Origin: Fimbriimonadia bacterium
GTDB taxonomy: Bacteria > Armatimonadota > Fimbriimonadia > Fimbriimonadales > JABRVX01
Assembly (NCBI GenBank): GCA_041483895.1
Contig: JBGPGO010000004.1
Location: forward strand, 1-64,000
Length of the DNA stretch: 64,000 nt
Direction of reading: 5' to 3'
Part shown: positions 50,033-59,956 of the stretch, one piece after another
Numbering within the stretch: the stretch's first letter is position 1
Layout: each line of letters opens with the position of its first letter
Made by a program: the position numbers and the translations under genes
The notes under the pieces: generated by a model
Databases searched by the model: none
What the model was told of the DNA's origin: nothing
The model's input: only the letters and a program-made list of their open reading frames with translations

Positions 50033-50594
50033 AATGTGTACCTGTCTTCCGAAAAAAAACGGGCAGCACTGGCACAGAAAACACCTTTTGGCAGGTTTGC
50101 GCTCCCCGGCAAGGCCATGGTGGACCGGAATGCGTAAAACCATGTTGCGGTTTACGCTGAATACCTGGTTGTTTCCCGCAGCGGCAATCCCAACAAACAC
50201 TCTGTTTTTGCAACTCAGGTGCCGATCCCCAGTTTGGATAGGTTTTGGCACTTAGTAAGGATCCGGCCGCATTATCAGTAAACGGATAAAAGTTGTGTTT
50301 AACTTTCTGGAAATCTTCGTCCGCTACTAACTTCGCCTCCCCTACGACAAAGATTTGTCCTCTTGTACCCTCACCCCCTCCAACATTCCACCATACGTCG
50401 TGAGCTTCTTTATCTCCGATTTGATAAAGGCAATCGTCCGAACCCTCCTCGATCAAACCAGCAAAAAAACCTTGTCGAATCACTATACGACGCATCGTCC
50501 TCGTCCATGCTTCAATAGCTCCAGTCATATGAGAGCCCAACAAGCCGAAGCAGAGCAAACTATTTAGGGTGATTTCCTGGGTGCATAAACACAC
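49956..50594 (-). other. Orphan Cys-containing ORF or gene fragment between the two paralogs
   Basis: Open frame without a clear start, containing CWDCRC; low GC. Confidence 0.35.
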
Positions 50595-51205
50595 GCCTTT
50601 CTAAGACTGATAAAATGGCTCAAAGGATCGTAATCAGTCTTCGGCGGAGGTCCAAGGTAGATGCTTGTTACGTAGGTGGCTGCCAATCGAGCGTTGCCCG
50701 AGCTGTCGAAAACGAAGAAATCGGTTGGCTTCGCCAGGGCTGATTTCACACGATCAGACGGTTCCGGTGAAAAAATGAATTCTGAATAAACGGTGATCTT
50801 GTCAGCCTCTGGGCATCCAAGGAAGAGATACATGTTCAACAAATAAATCAACAGTCGATGCTGTAATGTGTATGTGTTACCGAGATACTTAATTATTGCA
50901 ACGTATATTTCCCCTAATGAATACTCCTCAATTCGGCGAAACGCCGCAGTGATTTTCGGCAAGTCCTCCAAACTCCTATCCTCGACGTTCGGACAACTCA
51001 TTAGAAGCCTAAATATCACATCAACGTGCATGTTTGCCACATCTTCGTCGCCCGGTAACGTGCCGCCAAAACATAATTCAGACGGATCGCGATGTTTGTG
51101 GTGGGCATAGAAGGGTTCAGAAGATTTCTGTCCGAGATCACTTTGCGAGGTCTGTGGATTTGTACAGTGTCCGCCGATGAGGCTCATAACGATCCATGCA
51201 AGCAT
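50564..51205 (-). CDS. Secreted hypothetical protein, paralog of 49280-50032
   Basis: RBS AGGTGG; LLMSCP, IYVAI, LLNMYLF. Confidence 0.6.
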   Translation of the reverse strand: MLAWIVMSLIGGHCTNPQTSQSDLGQKSSEPFYAHHKHRDPSELCFGGTLPGDEDVANMHVDVIFRLLMSCPNVEDRSLEDLPKITAAFRRIEEYSLGEIYVAIIKYLGNTYTLQHRLLIYLLNMYLFLGCPEADKITVYSEFIFSPEPSDRVKSALAKPTDFFVFDSSGNARLAATYVTSIYLGPPPKTDYDPLSHFISLRKACVYAPRKSP

Positions 51206-51318
51206 ATTGTCACCACCTATCTAATAATTCCAATCGTACCAAGGCCTGGGGCAAACGGAATGCACGTTTCCTTCCCAATTCCATCACAATCGAAATATTC
51301 CCAAGGACCCTGCGGCAT

Positions 51319-51486
51319 TGTAATCCCTCAACAATCACATTGTTGAGGGGACTCTGGCTCTTCCTTAGCGGATGTTACCAGGAAACCGTCAACCTCGCTC
51401 GCGGCGGAGTTTTTCAGGTCACAGCCGCATCCGGGGCGGCGTGAACAGCAATAGCCCCTCAACAATGTGATTGTTGAGGGATTACA
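51319..51486. repeat. REPIN/MITE-like element with 32-bp perfect inverted ends
   Basis: TGTAATCCCTCAACAATCACATTGTTGAGGGG (51319-51350) and its reverse complement (51455-51486). Confidence 0.8.
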
Positions 51487-51500
51487 GTCTTGGCTGGTCG

Positions 51501-52550
51501 CTATCGCTTGCCTCGACCGCCGGCAAGGTCGGCGGCTGGGGTGCCGGGATATTCCTCCACAATGCGCGCGAAGAGGCCGCGCGCGGCGGCGGGGTCGGAG
51601 TCCAGCTTCATCTCCGCCAACCGCAACAAGGCGGTCGGCCTGTCCGGGGTCGCGATCGGCTCTTCAACAAAGCTCTCCAGAACCGCCTCCCGCAGCGACA
51701 GCGATAGATTCGGAAGCAGGCGAAAACGGAAGTCGGGAGACAGGCGGTGCAGGCCCAGCATTTGCCCCAGCTTACGGACTGACGCTTCGTCCGGGCTCTC
51801 CATGACGACCTTGGCCTGATACTCGGCGGCCTGGTCCGCGTCGCCCAGCTGGTTCCATGCCTGGGCGAGAAGCCGGTTGGCGGGTAGGCCGGGATGGCGC
51901 TCGCACAGCGCGATGGCTTCTGTCGCCCGCCCCGCCTCGATTAGCTCCTCCGCGCGACCAAGCGGATCTGAACGCCACAGGCCCGCGACGGCAATGCCAA
52001 AAAGGAAACCGCCCAAATGCGCCCACGTCGCCACAGAGCCAAGCTCTCCGCCACGCGCCGCCAGCACGGCTTTCGCGGCCTCGTAGAGCAGCAACAGGCC
52101 GGCCGCCGCCCGCAGTGCGAGATCGATTTTCGTGCGATTGCGGAAGCTGAAAAGAAACGACGATCCAATCACGGCGGCGACCGCGCCGGATGCCCCGATC
52201 GTGGCGACATTCGTCTCCGACGACAGAATCGAGATCATAAATTGGTTGGCCAGAACCGCCGCGACCGCGCCGCCGAGATATGCGGCGAGCCAGAGTAGAT
52301 GCCCGGCGCGCGGCTCGAGATAGGCGCCAAAGAGCGCCAGCAGCACCAGGTTGACCATCAGGTGCCCGATCCCGGCATGCACCAAAGTGTACGTCGCGAG
52401 CTGCCAAAGATGGAATTGACCGGGATTGAATGCGAAACGATGAAGTACGGTCTCGCGGTCCATCGTCGAAAACAGCGCGTAGCAGAGCGCGATGAGTCCG
52501 ATTGTGGATATCGTCGCAATGGGGTATCGGCCCAACCGGGACCGGGGCAT
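51501..52550 (-). CDS. Rhomboid intramembrane serine protease with TPR-like C-terminus
   Basis: H....HL..N, GASG, AHLGG. Confidence 0.9.
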   Translation of the reverse strand: MPRSRLGRYPIATISTIGLIALCYALFSTMDRETVLHRFAFNPGQFHLWQLATYTLVHAGIGHLMVNLVLLALFGAYLEPRAGHLLWLAAYLGGAVAAVLANQFMISILSSETNVATIGASGAVAAVIGSSFLFSFRNRTKIDLALRAAAGLLLLYEAAKAVLAARGGELGSVATWAHLGGFLFGIAVAGLWRSDPLGRAEELIEAGRATEAIALCERHPGLPANRLLAQAWNQLGDADQAAEYQAKVVMESPDEASVRKLGQMLGLHRLSPDFRFRLLPNLSLSLREAVLESFVEEPIATPDRPTALLRLAEMKLDSDPAAARGLFARIVEEYPGTPAADLAGGRGKR

Positions 52551-52555
52551 GGCCT

Positions 52556-53302
52556 CTACTCGACCGCCTCCATGACCTCTTCGGAGATGTCAAAGTTGGC
52601 GTAGGTTTCTTGCACATCGTCCAGATCGTCGAGCGCGTCCATGAACCGGACGACCGCCCGCACGTCTTTCTCATCCACCTGGACCATGTTTGTCGGAAAG
52701 AGATCGAGGCTCGCGTCCGTGATGAGAATTCCGGCTTTCTCGATGGCGACTTGTACTATGTGGAGCTCGTCCGGCGATGTCGTGACCTCGAACACATCGT
52801 CTTCCAAGGTCAGGTTTTCGGCGCCGGCCTCCATGGCGACCTCGAACAGGGCGTCCTCGGTCGTAGCGCCGGCATCGACCGTGATCAGTCCCTGCGATTT
52901 GAACTGCCAGGCGACGGAACCGGACTCGCTGAGGTTGCCGCCATACTTGCTAAACGCATGCCGGACCTCAGAGACCGTGCGATTCTTGTTCTCGGTAAAG
53001 CACTGGACGATGACCGCGATGCCGCCGGGGCCGTAGCCTTCGTAGGTGAGCTGTTCGTACTGCGCTCCCTCGATCTCTCCCGTGCCCCGCTGGATGTTGC
53101 GCTTGATGTTGTCCGCGGGCATGTTGGCCTCTTTGGCCTTGGCGATGGCGCTTCGCAGGGAGGGGTTCATTTCCTGGTCGCCTCCCCCGTTGCGTGCGGC
53201 GATGATGATCTCACGGGCGATCCGGGTGAAGGTTTTTCCCCGTATCGCGTCCTGCTTGCCCTTTCGGAGCCGAATGTTATGCCATTTTGAATGTCCGGAC
53301 AT
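52556..53302 (-). CDS. yebC: YebC/PmpR family protein
   Basis: MSGHSKW.NI, YEGYGPGG, LDDVQ..Y.N. Confidence 0.95.
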   Translation of the reverse strand: MSGHSKWHNIRLRKGKQDAIRGKTFTRIAREIIIAARNGGGDQEMNPSLRSAIAKAKEANMPADNIKRNIQRGTGEIEGAQYEQLTYEGYGPGGIAVIVQCFTENKNRTVSEVRHAFSKYGGNLSESGSVAWQFKSQGLITVDAGATTEDALFEVAMEAGAENLTLEDDVFEVTTSPDELHIVQVAIEKAGILITDASLDLFPTNMVQVDEKDVRAVVRFMDALDDLDDVQETYANFDISEEVMEAVE

Positions 53303-53353
53303 GTTTGAAGGTAGAGTTTATCATCCGGGGCGGCTTTGGCACAAGGACCCCCC

Positions 53354-53400
53354 TCGTGTCGGGGTCTTTGGGGTCGGCAGACGTGAACCCCGACACATCG
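53354..53400. repeat. REP-like palindrome, inverted copy of 150-214
   Basis: TCGTGTCGGGGTCTTTG...ACGTGAACCCCGACACATCG. Confidence 0.7.
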
Positions 53401-53511
53401 GTGCGTCATTGGAACGAGTTACCTGATTTTGATTTTTGCCGGGAACGAATTGGGAGGCTCAGCCTGTCATTATAGGGGGGAGGCGCCCACAATGATGTGG
53501 GTGCGCAAAGA

Positions 53512-53886
53512 ATGAACCATACGGATTGTAAGTTGAGTACGAAAGTAAGCGGTAAGTACGGTGTCATCAGCGTGGAGGGCAGCATCGATCAAAGCGCGCC
53601 GAGTTCGGGAAGAGTGATTGAAGAGTTGGTCGGCGGGAACATAGAGGTCGGGGTTCTGGATCTGTCGGGCGCCGATTTGATCGATAGTGATGGGCTGGAT
53701 TGGCTGGAAGAGATCCGGTCGGGGCTGGAGGATCGGGGCATCGGGCTGCGAATCGTGGCCGCTTCCGAGGGCAAGGTGGGCAGAATCCTTCGTTTGATGC
53801 AGTACGATCAACTGGCGGAGTTGTTCGATTCGCTCTCTGGGGCCGTACCGGTGGCGCAATCTTCAATGGAAGTTTCGAATCAGTAG
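53512..53886 (+). CDS. STAS-domain anti-sigma factor antagonist
   Basis: GSID, LDLSG..IDSDGL, V.RIL.L. Confidence 0.8.
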   Translation: MNHTDCKLSTKVSGKYGVISVEGSIDQSAPSSGRVIEELVGGNIEVGVLDLSGADLIDSDGLDWLEEIRSGLEDRGIGLRIVAASEGKVGRILRLMQYDQLAELFDSLSGAVPVAQSSMEVSNQ

Positions 53887-54006
53887 CTCTTTCGGCTCCT
53901 AAAGATTGATTCTCCCGCAAAAACTCTCTCGTGATATTAGGCATTGAATTGCCGTGCGAATTGAAATCTTGTTACAATGGGCTAGTCGGGTATCGAGGTG
54001 AGCGAT

Positions 54007-56616
54007 ATGACGAAGCTAGCTTTTGTCGTTGCGGCGTTGGTGGCCGGCATTTCCGCATGGGCCGCCGACATACCAGTGCCAAATCCCAGTTTCGAATCAA
54101 AGACAACCGCGCCATGGGTGGTTGAAGTTACCTACGGCGGTAACGGCAGTTCGGCGCCTCGAATTGTCACCCAATTCGCGTCGCCGGGGCATGATGGCTA
54201 CTACAGCTATAACGCGACCTGCCGGGTGAGCGCTCTCAGACCTCCTGTGGACGGATGCACCCAGTCCGACGCGTTCGTGACGTTGGACATGCAGCAGACC
54301 ATTCTGCTGGACGGGCCGCGCACGGGAGAGTTTTCCTTCGGCATGTGGGTCAGACCGTTTTTCAGCAACGGCTCCAGCTCCGAAGCCGTCTGCCGCGCCG
54401 GGATCGATCCGACCGGCGGCACGGACAAGAACGCGCCGACAGTTGTTTGGGGCCCATCGAATCATCGAATGGGGCTATGGTCGAGGGCATCGGTCGCTAC
54501 GCCCAGCGCCACGACGGACCGACTCACGCTCTTTGTCGAGATGCGAGTGTCTGCTCAACTGATTCAGTGCAATACCGGCACGACCAACGACGTCATCGTG
54601 TCGGTGTCCATCGATGATGCCCGACTGCGCGATCAATTCAACGCATCCCCGAGCGTATCGATCGTATCTCCACCACCGAATGATCCGACATTGCGTCCGT
54701 TGGCTGTGCAGTTCAGTTTGAACGATCCTGACAGCGCGATCCTGTATTGCAACGTATATCGTGACGGCGTTCTGTTTCAAACGATGAACAACTGTCCCAA
54801 CGGTCTGAACCAAAGCTCGCTCATGTCCCCGTCCTATGGCATTCATACGCTGCAGGTGGAGGCGGTTGATATGTGGGACAACGAGACGCTTTCGCCTCTC
54901 ATTCAATTTGAGGTGATCCCCGAGCGACCCATTAATAACTATGACGATAAGCTAGACTCCTACGCCTATTCCGGAATCATTCTCCCCGTCCACTTGGGAG
55001 GGTGTTATGTGGTCGGCGGGGTTACAACGGCGGCAAATGGTCAACACGATACGGTCGTGCATCGGTATGATCGCAATCTCAATCTCATTTGGCGGCAGCC
55101 GATATCCGGCCCCATCGGAATAAACCAGACGGCCGTACGGGCCAAGCTCACCCCCGACGGCGGCTTGGTGACGATTGGCACCGGCAACGTAAGAGTCCCA
55201 TGGAGTAGCGACCTAATTGCGACACGCTTTGCTCCGGATGGGACTAAGCTATGGCAGTATATTTACGATGGCACTCCTCCCGGATATCCGATCTATCTCA
55301 ATGACACTGGGAAGGATATTGCGGTTGACGCGGAAGGAAACGCATACCTTCTCGGTTCCACTAGACCGTATGGCAATCCTCTCGATGACTATCTCGTTAT
55401 CACGAAACTGAGCCCAAACGGCACGGTCGTCTGGTCGCGCTATTTCGGCGTAGAAAATGGACTGCAAGAGATCTCGGCTGCCATAGCAGTGGGCGCCAGC
55501 GGACTTCTGTATGTCGCTTCGCAGAGCAAGTTATCAACGGAATGGCGAGCAGGGACGATCTATCTTTACGCCCTCGCTCCGAGCGGAGATCTGTTGTCGA
55601 CGGGGAAGTTCACTGGGCCGTCTTTCGCCGATCAGCCTGCCGCGTTAGCCGTTGAAGGCGATGGAAGCGTATATGTAACTGCCAACATCGGATACTCCGC
55701 CACGGATGTTTTTATGACAACAATCAAATTCGATTCCTTTGGTCATGTCGATTGGTGGCTACCCGTTTCCGGTGGAACGCTACCCAACAGTTACAGAAAG
55801 TTGATTCAGATCGGCGCTTCGGGGTGTCTTTATGAACTCGGAACTCTTGATGATGGTGGCGCGAATACCGAACGCTATATCATTCATAAGATCACTCCGA
55901 CCGGAGAACTTGTATGGTCCCGGTCGTCAAGCCTTACTTCCGTCAGCGCAACCGCGATGGTTCTCGATGCACATGAAAATATCTATCTTGTGGGGAGCTG
56001 GTTCAATCAAGGCGTGGGCACATTTGGTCTATTTGCAAAATATGATAAAGATGGGAATGAATTGTATTCCGATCTCTGCGGCGGCGCCTCCGGCACATAC
56101 TGTCTTTGGAATGATGTCGCCTTGTCCGATACCGACGGTGTATACGTTGTCGGCGGTGGTAGCGGAATAATTGTCGCGACTACTTACCTTGCAAATGGTT
56201 CGATGGTCTATGGGCACACGGAACTTGGAGCATTTGCCGGTGAATTTGGGGGAGTCCCATTCGGTGTGTACATTCAAGGTCGGCAATATCAGGCTGCGAC
56301 GAATATTAGTCCGCTTGGAAATTACTGGCTGGTTGTTCCGACACCGGATCCGGTCGAATTGATCGTGAAGCCGAGTCACTGGCTGTCCGTAAAGCAGCCT
56401 TTTGAACCGACAACGACGGCGACTCGATTGGATTGGACGTTCCCAGTGAATGGCGATGTTGCTCAGAATAATCGCATCGATCTCGCCGACCTGAATGCCA
56501 TCTTCTTGGACTATGGCGGCACGTCTTCGTCCGCAGATGCAGATGGGGATGGCGTCGTCGATCTGAAAGATTTGAATTTGATTTTTGTTAGTTTCGGACT
56601 TTCCGGGCAAGAGTAG
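54007..56616 (+). CDS. Secreted multidomain protein (CBM-like, Ig-like, beta-propeller repeats, dockerin-like tail)
   Basis: Signal peptide, NPSFE, IAVD..GN.Y repeats, HWLS...NGD..NN.IDL.DL...DADGDGVVDL.DL. Confidence 0.8.
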   Translation: MTKLAFVVAALVAGISAWAADIPVPNPSFESKTTAPWVVEVTYGGNGSSAPRIVTQFASPGHDGYYSYNATCRVSALRPPVDGCTQSDAFVTLDMQQTILLDGPRTGEFSFGMWVRPFFSNGSSSEAVCRAGIDPTGGTDKNAPTVVWGPSNHRMGLWSRASVATPSATTDRLTLFVEMRVSAQLIQCNTGTTNDVIVSVSIDDARLRDQFNASPSVSIVSPPPNDPTLRPLAVQFSLNDPDSAILYCNVYRDGVLFQTMNNCPNGLNQSSLMSPSYGIHTLQVEAVDMWDNETLSPLIQFEVIPERPINNYDDKLDSYAYSGIILPVHLGGCYVVGGVTTAANGQHDTVVHRYDRNLNLIWRQPISGPIGINQTAVRAKLTPDGGLVTIGTGNVRVPWSSDLIATRFAPDGTKLWQYIYDGTPPGYPIYLNDTGKDIAVDAEGNAYLLGSTRPYGNPLDDYLVITKLSPNGTVVWSRYFGVENGLQEISAAIAVGASGLLYVASQSKLSTEWRAGTIYLYALAPSGDLLSTGKFTGPSFADQPAALAVEGDGSVYVTANIGYSATDVFMTTIKFDSFGHVDWWLPVSGGTLPNSYRKLIQIGASGCLYELGTLDDGGANTERYIIHKITPTGELVWSRSSSLTSVSATAMVLDAHENIYLVGSWFNQGVGTFGLFAKYDKDGNELYSDLCGGASGTYCLWNDVALSDTDGVYVVGGGSGIIVATTYLANGSMVYGHTELGAFAGEFGGVPFGVYIQGRQYQAATNISPLGNYWLVVPTPDPVELIVKPSHWLSVKQPFEPTTTATRLDWTFPVNGDVAQNNRIDLADLNAIFLDYGGTSSSADADGDGVVDLKDLNLIFVSFGLSGQE

Positions 56617-57820
56617 CTCGGTAGACTGCCTCCACTCCCTCCGCCATCTTTGCCGTCGAGAAGCGGGCGCGGGTGTCGAGCAGCGCGGCGGCGCCGAGAC
56701 GTTTGCGGCGGTCTGGATCGTGGGCGAGAAGGGTGAGGGTCGAGGCGAGGGCGGGCACGTCGTCGCGGGGGATTAGTATTCCGGTTTCACCGTCTTTCAC
56801 CATCTCCGGGATTCCGCCGACGCGGGAGGCGACGACGGGCAGACCCAGCATCATTGGTTCGAGCAGCGCGGACGGAAACGGCTCGGGCCACAGACTCGGT
56901 GCGGCGACGATATCCATGGCCAGCATGTAGCTCTCGACATCCTCCACGTACCCGGTGAAGATGACGCGATCGGAATTGACCCCCACCCAACCCTCCCCCT
57001 TTTCCAGGCTGGCGCCTGGAAAAGGGGGAGGGCTTTCTTCGATGCGACCGGTCTCCTGACCGAGTCGCCCGCGCTCCCTTGCGACTCGGTCAGGAGACCG
57101 GTCGCATCGAGCGCGGGCGAACAGTTTGAGATCGTCCAGGTCCTCGCCCGCTCCCACGATAACCGCAACGACTTGGGAAGGCAAGAATTCCAGGGCTTGG
57201 AGGAGCAGCCGGTGGCCTTTCTCTTTGATCACCCGCGAGAACATGCCGACGGCGATCTGGTCCTCGCGGAGCCCCAACTCGTTGCGGACAGCTTCCCGTG
57301 ACCGCTGGGGGGTTCCCAATTCCACCCCGTTCAGCACCGTCACCACTTTCTCCGGCGCGATGCCGCCTTCCAACAGCGGCTGCCGAACGGCCTCGGCCAC
57401 CGCGATGATCCGGTCGTAGAGCCAGTCGCCGTACATCTTGCGCTTCCAGCCCTTCCAGGACCAGGCCATGTGGCGGGTCATAATGACGGCCGGGACCTTG
57501 CACAGCCGAGCGGCGACGGCGGGGACGATGAAATCGACGGAGTAATGAGTATGGACAACGTCGTACTTTTCGCGCCGGAGCAGGCGAATGTAAGGGATGA
57601 GCGCGCGCCAATCCTGCTGGCTGCGCACGCTGATCTGTGGGCAATGGAATCCCAGGGGCTTGGCATGGCGGCGGACGTAGGTATCCGGGCCACAAGTGAG
57701 GTGGATTTCATGGCCGCGATCTCGAAGGGCTTTCATCAGGCCGATGATCCACCGATCGATGCCGCCCCACTCAAACAGGGCGCTTCCCACCTGCAGGACC
57801 TTGAGCGGCTGGTGTATCAT
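56588..57820 (-). CDS. GT4 glycosyltransferase with an in-frame repeat insertion
   Basis: GG..R, R...EKG, PS..PEPFP..LLE.M..G.PVVAS.VGGIPE. Confidence 0.9.
   Translation of the reverse strand: MIHQPLKVLQVGSALFEWGGIDRWIIGLMKALRDRGHEIHLTCGPDTYVRRHAKPLGFHCPQISVRSQQDWRALIPYIRLLRREKYDVVHTHYSVDFIVPAVAARLCKVPAVIMTRHMAWSWKGWKRKMYGDWLYDRIIAVAEAVRQPLLEGGIAPEKVVTVLNGVELGTPQRSREAVRNELGLREDQIAVGMFSRVIKEKGHRLLLQALEFLPSQVVAVIVGAGEDLDDLKLFARARCDRSPDRVARERGRLGQETGRIEESPPPFPGASLEKGEGWVGVNSDRVIFTGYVEDVESYMLAMDIVAAPSLWPEPFPSALLEPMMLGLPVVASRVGGIPEMVKDGETGILIPRDDVPALASTLTLLAHDPDRRKRLGAAALLDTRARFSTAKMAEGVEAVYRATLARKVRN
56980..57108. repeat. Composite REP-like element inside the GT4 CDS
   Basis: CCCTCCCCC..GGGGGAGGG hairpin plus an inverted pair of GATGCGACCGGTCTCCTGACCGAGTCGC. 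Confidence 0.85.
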
Positions 57821-57837
57821 TCTGGCGAGTCTAGCCG

Positions 57838-58968
57838 ATGACCGAACGAATTCTTGTGATGATGCGGGAGCATATCGGGGATGTGGTGAATTCCATCCCC
57901 GCGCTTCGCTGCATCCGGCGTCACCATCCTTCGGCGCTCATCACGGTGGAGGTGGGGGATCGGGCGGCGGGGCTTCTGCGGAACTGCCCGTATTTGGACG
58001 AGTTGTGGCCGCGTCCAGAGCATCAGGGATTATTGCGGAAAGTGGCGCTGATTGGGAAGATGCGGCTGCGCCGGTTTCGGGCGGTCTATATTTTGGATGA
58101 CAGCAACGCGATGATTCTGTACTGTTGGCTGGGCGGGTTGCGCGAGCGATATGGGATTGTGAAGACCAAATACGAGCGGTTGTTCACCCAGTGCATTTGG
58201 TTCGATCCGTCGGTGCATGAGACGCTTGGGAATTTTCGTCAGTTGTTGGACCAGGTTGGGGTGGATACTGCGGATTGGCATCTGGAGCTTTTTGATCGTG
58301 CCGGGCCCTTTGGGGACGGCGATCGGGAGGATATGGCAGGCGAGAACCCCGGCACATCCATCCCCCCCACCCTAACCCTCCCCCCCAAAGGGGAGGAGGG
58401 AATCAGAGTTCCATCCCCCAACAATCATATTGTTGAGGGTGATGGGGCCTTGGTCGCGATCAACCCAGGGGCCAGCATCGAGCAAAAGCGGTGGTTCCCA
58501 GAGCGATTTGCTGAGGTCGCTGACAGGGTGCAAGAGGAGTTGGGCGCGACGGTCTGCATTTTGGGCGGGCCGGGAGAGGTGGCGTTGGCCGAGGAGATTC
58601 GGTCCACGATGCGGACGGAACCGATGATGCTGACCGGCAAGCTGTCGTTGGACGAGCTGATCGCGGTGTTGGAGAGATGCGACGCTTTGGTCACGTGCGA
58701 CAGCGGTCCAAAGCACATAGCCGCGGCGGTCGGCACGTCCGTCGTGGGAATTTTCGGCTACTTCGATCCGGCCATCGTTGGCCCCGCCGGCGAGGGGCAC
58801 ATCCTATTAAGAAAGGTCGCCGGCTGTCCCGATTGCCGGCATTCGGACTGCGCGCACGATCGCTCTTGTCTCCGCCTGATTGAGGCGGACGATGTTGTCC
58901 AGGCGGTGGCCACAATCCTGGAAAGGTCAGGCGCGCATGCGATCCGTCCTCATCGTTCGGCAGGATAA
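57838..58968 (+). CDS. GT9 heptosyltransferase-like glycosyltransferase
   Basis: IGDVV..IPAL, NPGAS...KRW..ERF, DSGP.HIAAA. Confidence 0.9.
   Translation: MTERILVMMREHIGDVVNSIPALRCIRRHHPSALITVEVGDRAAGLLRNCPYLDELWPRPEHQGLLRKVALIGKMRLRRFRAVYILDDSNAMILYCWLGGLRERYGIVKTKYERLFTQCIWFDPSVHETLGNFRQLLDQVGVDTADWHLELFDRAGPFGDGDREDMAGENPGTSIPPTLTLPPKGEEGIRVPSPNNHIVEGDGALVAINPGASIEQKRWFPERFAEVADRVQEELGATVCILGGPGEVALAEEIRSTMRTEPMMLTGKLSLDELIAVLERCDALVTCDSGPKHIAAAVGTSVVGIFGYFDPAIVGPAGEGHILLRKVAGCPDCRHSDCAHDRSCLRLIEADDVVQAVATILERSGAHAIRPHRSAG
58362..58439. repeat. Two REP-like palindromes inside the GT9 CDS
   Basis: CCCACCCTAACCCTCCCCC...GGGGAGG and CCCCAACAATCATATTGTTGAGGG (family of 51319). Confidence 0.75.
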
Positions 58969-59956
58969 GCTGGGAGATCTGCTTCTGACGACGCCGCTAT
59001 TTCGCGCGCTTCATGAGGAGGGCTGCCGGATCACAACGGCTGTTCAAGGGCTCTTTGTTCCTCTCATGGAGCAAAACGAGCACGTCAGCCACGCATTCCC
59101 AATTCCTTACAAGCCCAACCTCCGTGCCGCCGGGAGGTTCTTGCGTGATGTCCGGCGAGTGCGACCGGATGCGGTTCTGCTCCTCAAGCCGGATTCCGGG
59201 AGCTACACTATTCTTTCTCGCATCGCCGGCGTGCCGGTTCGGATCGCCGCGACACGCAAATGGTACGGACGGCTGATGACTGACAATCTGGGCGGACAAT
59301 TGGGCGGGCATGAGGCCGAACGGAACCTGAAAATGGGAGAAAAGTTGGTTGGCCACGAGCTGCCGCGATATCCGATGCACCACCAGCCAAGCCGCCCTGT
59401 TGCCGATCGGGCGACTGAAGATTTGTGCTCCATGGGTGTTCCAATCGGAAAACGGTTTATTGTCCTCCACGTCGGAACCGGAGGCGGTTCGCGGCCCTGG
59501 TCGGCGACCGGATTTGCGCGGGTCAGCGATTGGATCCGGGCGACGCTTGGGGTTCCCGTGGTATTGATGGGATCAAAGCAGGACGAGGCACAGATCGATG
59601 GGTTTCGCCGTTCAGTCCGCTCCGAATTCATCGATATCACCGACGGCACGGATCTCTTGCAGCTTGGGGAGCTTTTTCGCCAGGCCGCTCTGCTGGTCAG
59701 CACAGACACCGGCCCCGTCCATTTGGCCGCGGCTGTGGGTACACCGTGCGTGACGATATATCCCCAGCGATTCAGCGCCTCAGGCCGTTGGCATCCGTGG
59801 ATGGTTCCCCATCGCATCGTGGCACCCAACCGGTACTGCCAATCATGCGATGATCACGGCTGTACCTATCAGGAATCGACCTGCGTCGAGACGATCGAAG
59901 TGGATGCGGTCATTCGCGCGATCCGAGATTTGTGGGGCGAGCTTAGTATTCGATGA
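58937..59956 (+). CDS. GT9 heptosyltransferase-like glycosyltransferase
   Basis: DKLGDLLLTTP, DTGPVHLAAA, RWHP. Confidence 0.9.
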   Translation: MRSVLIVRQDKLGDLLLTTPLFRALHEEGCRITTAVQGLFVPLMEQNEHVSHAFPIPYKPNLRAAGRFLRDVRRVRPDAVLLLKPDSGSYTILSRIAGVPVRIAATRKWYGRLMTDNLGGQLGGHEAERNLKMGEKLVGHELPRYPMHHQPSRPVADRATEDLCSMGVPIGKRFIVLHVGTGGGSRPWSATGFARVSDWIRATLGVPVVLMGSKQDEAQIDGFRRSVRSEFIDITDGTDLLQLGELFRQAALLVSTDTGPVHLAAAVGTPCVTIYPQRFSASGRWHPWMVPHRIVAPNRYCQSCDDHGCTYQESTCVETIEVDAVIRAIRDLWGELSIR

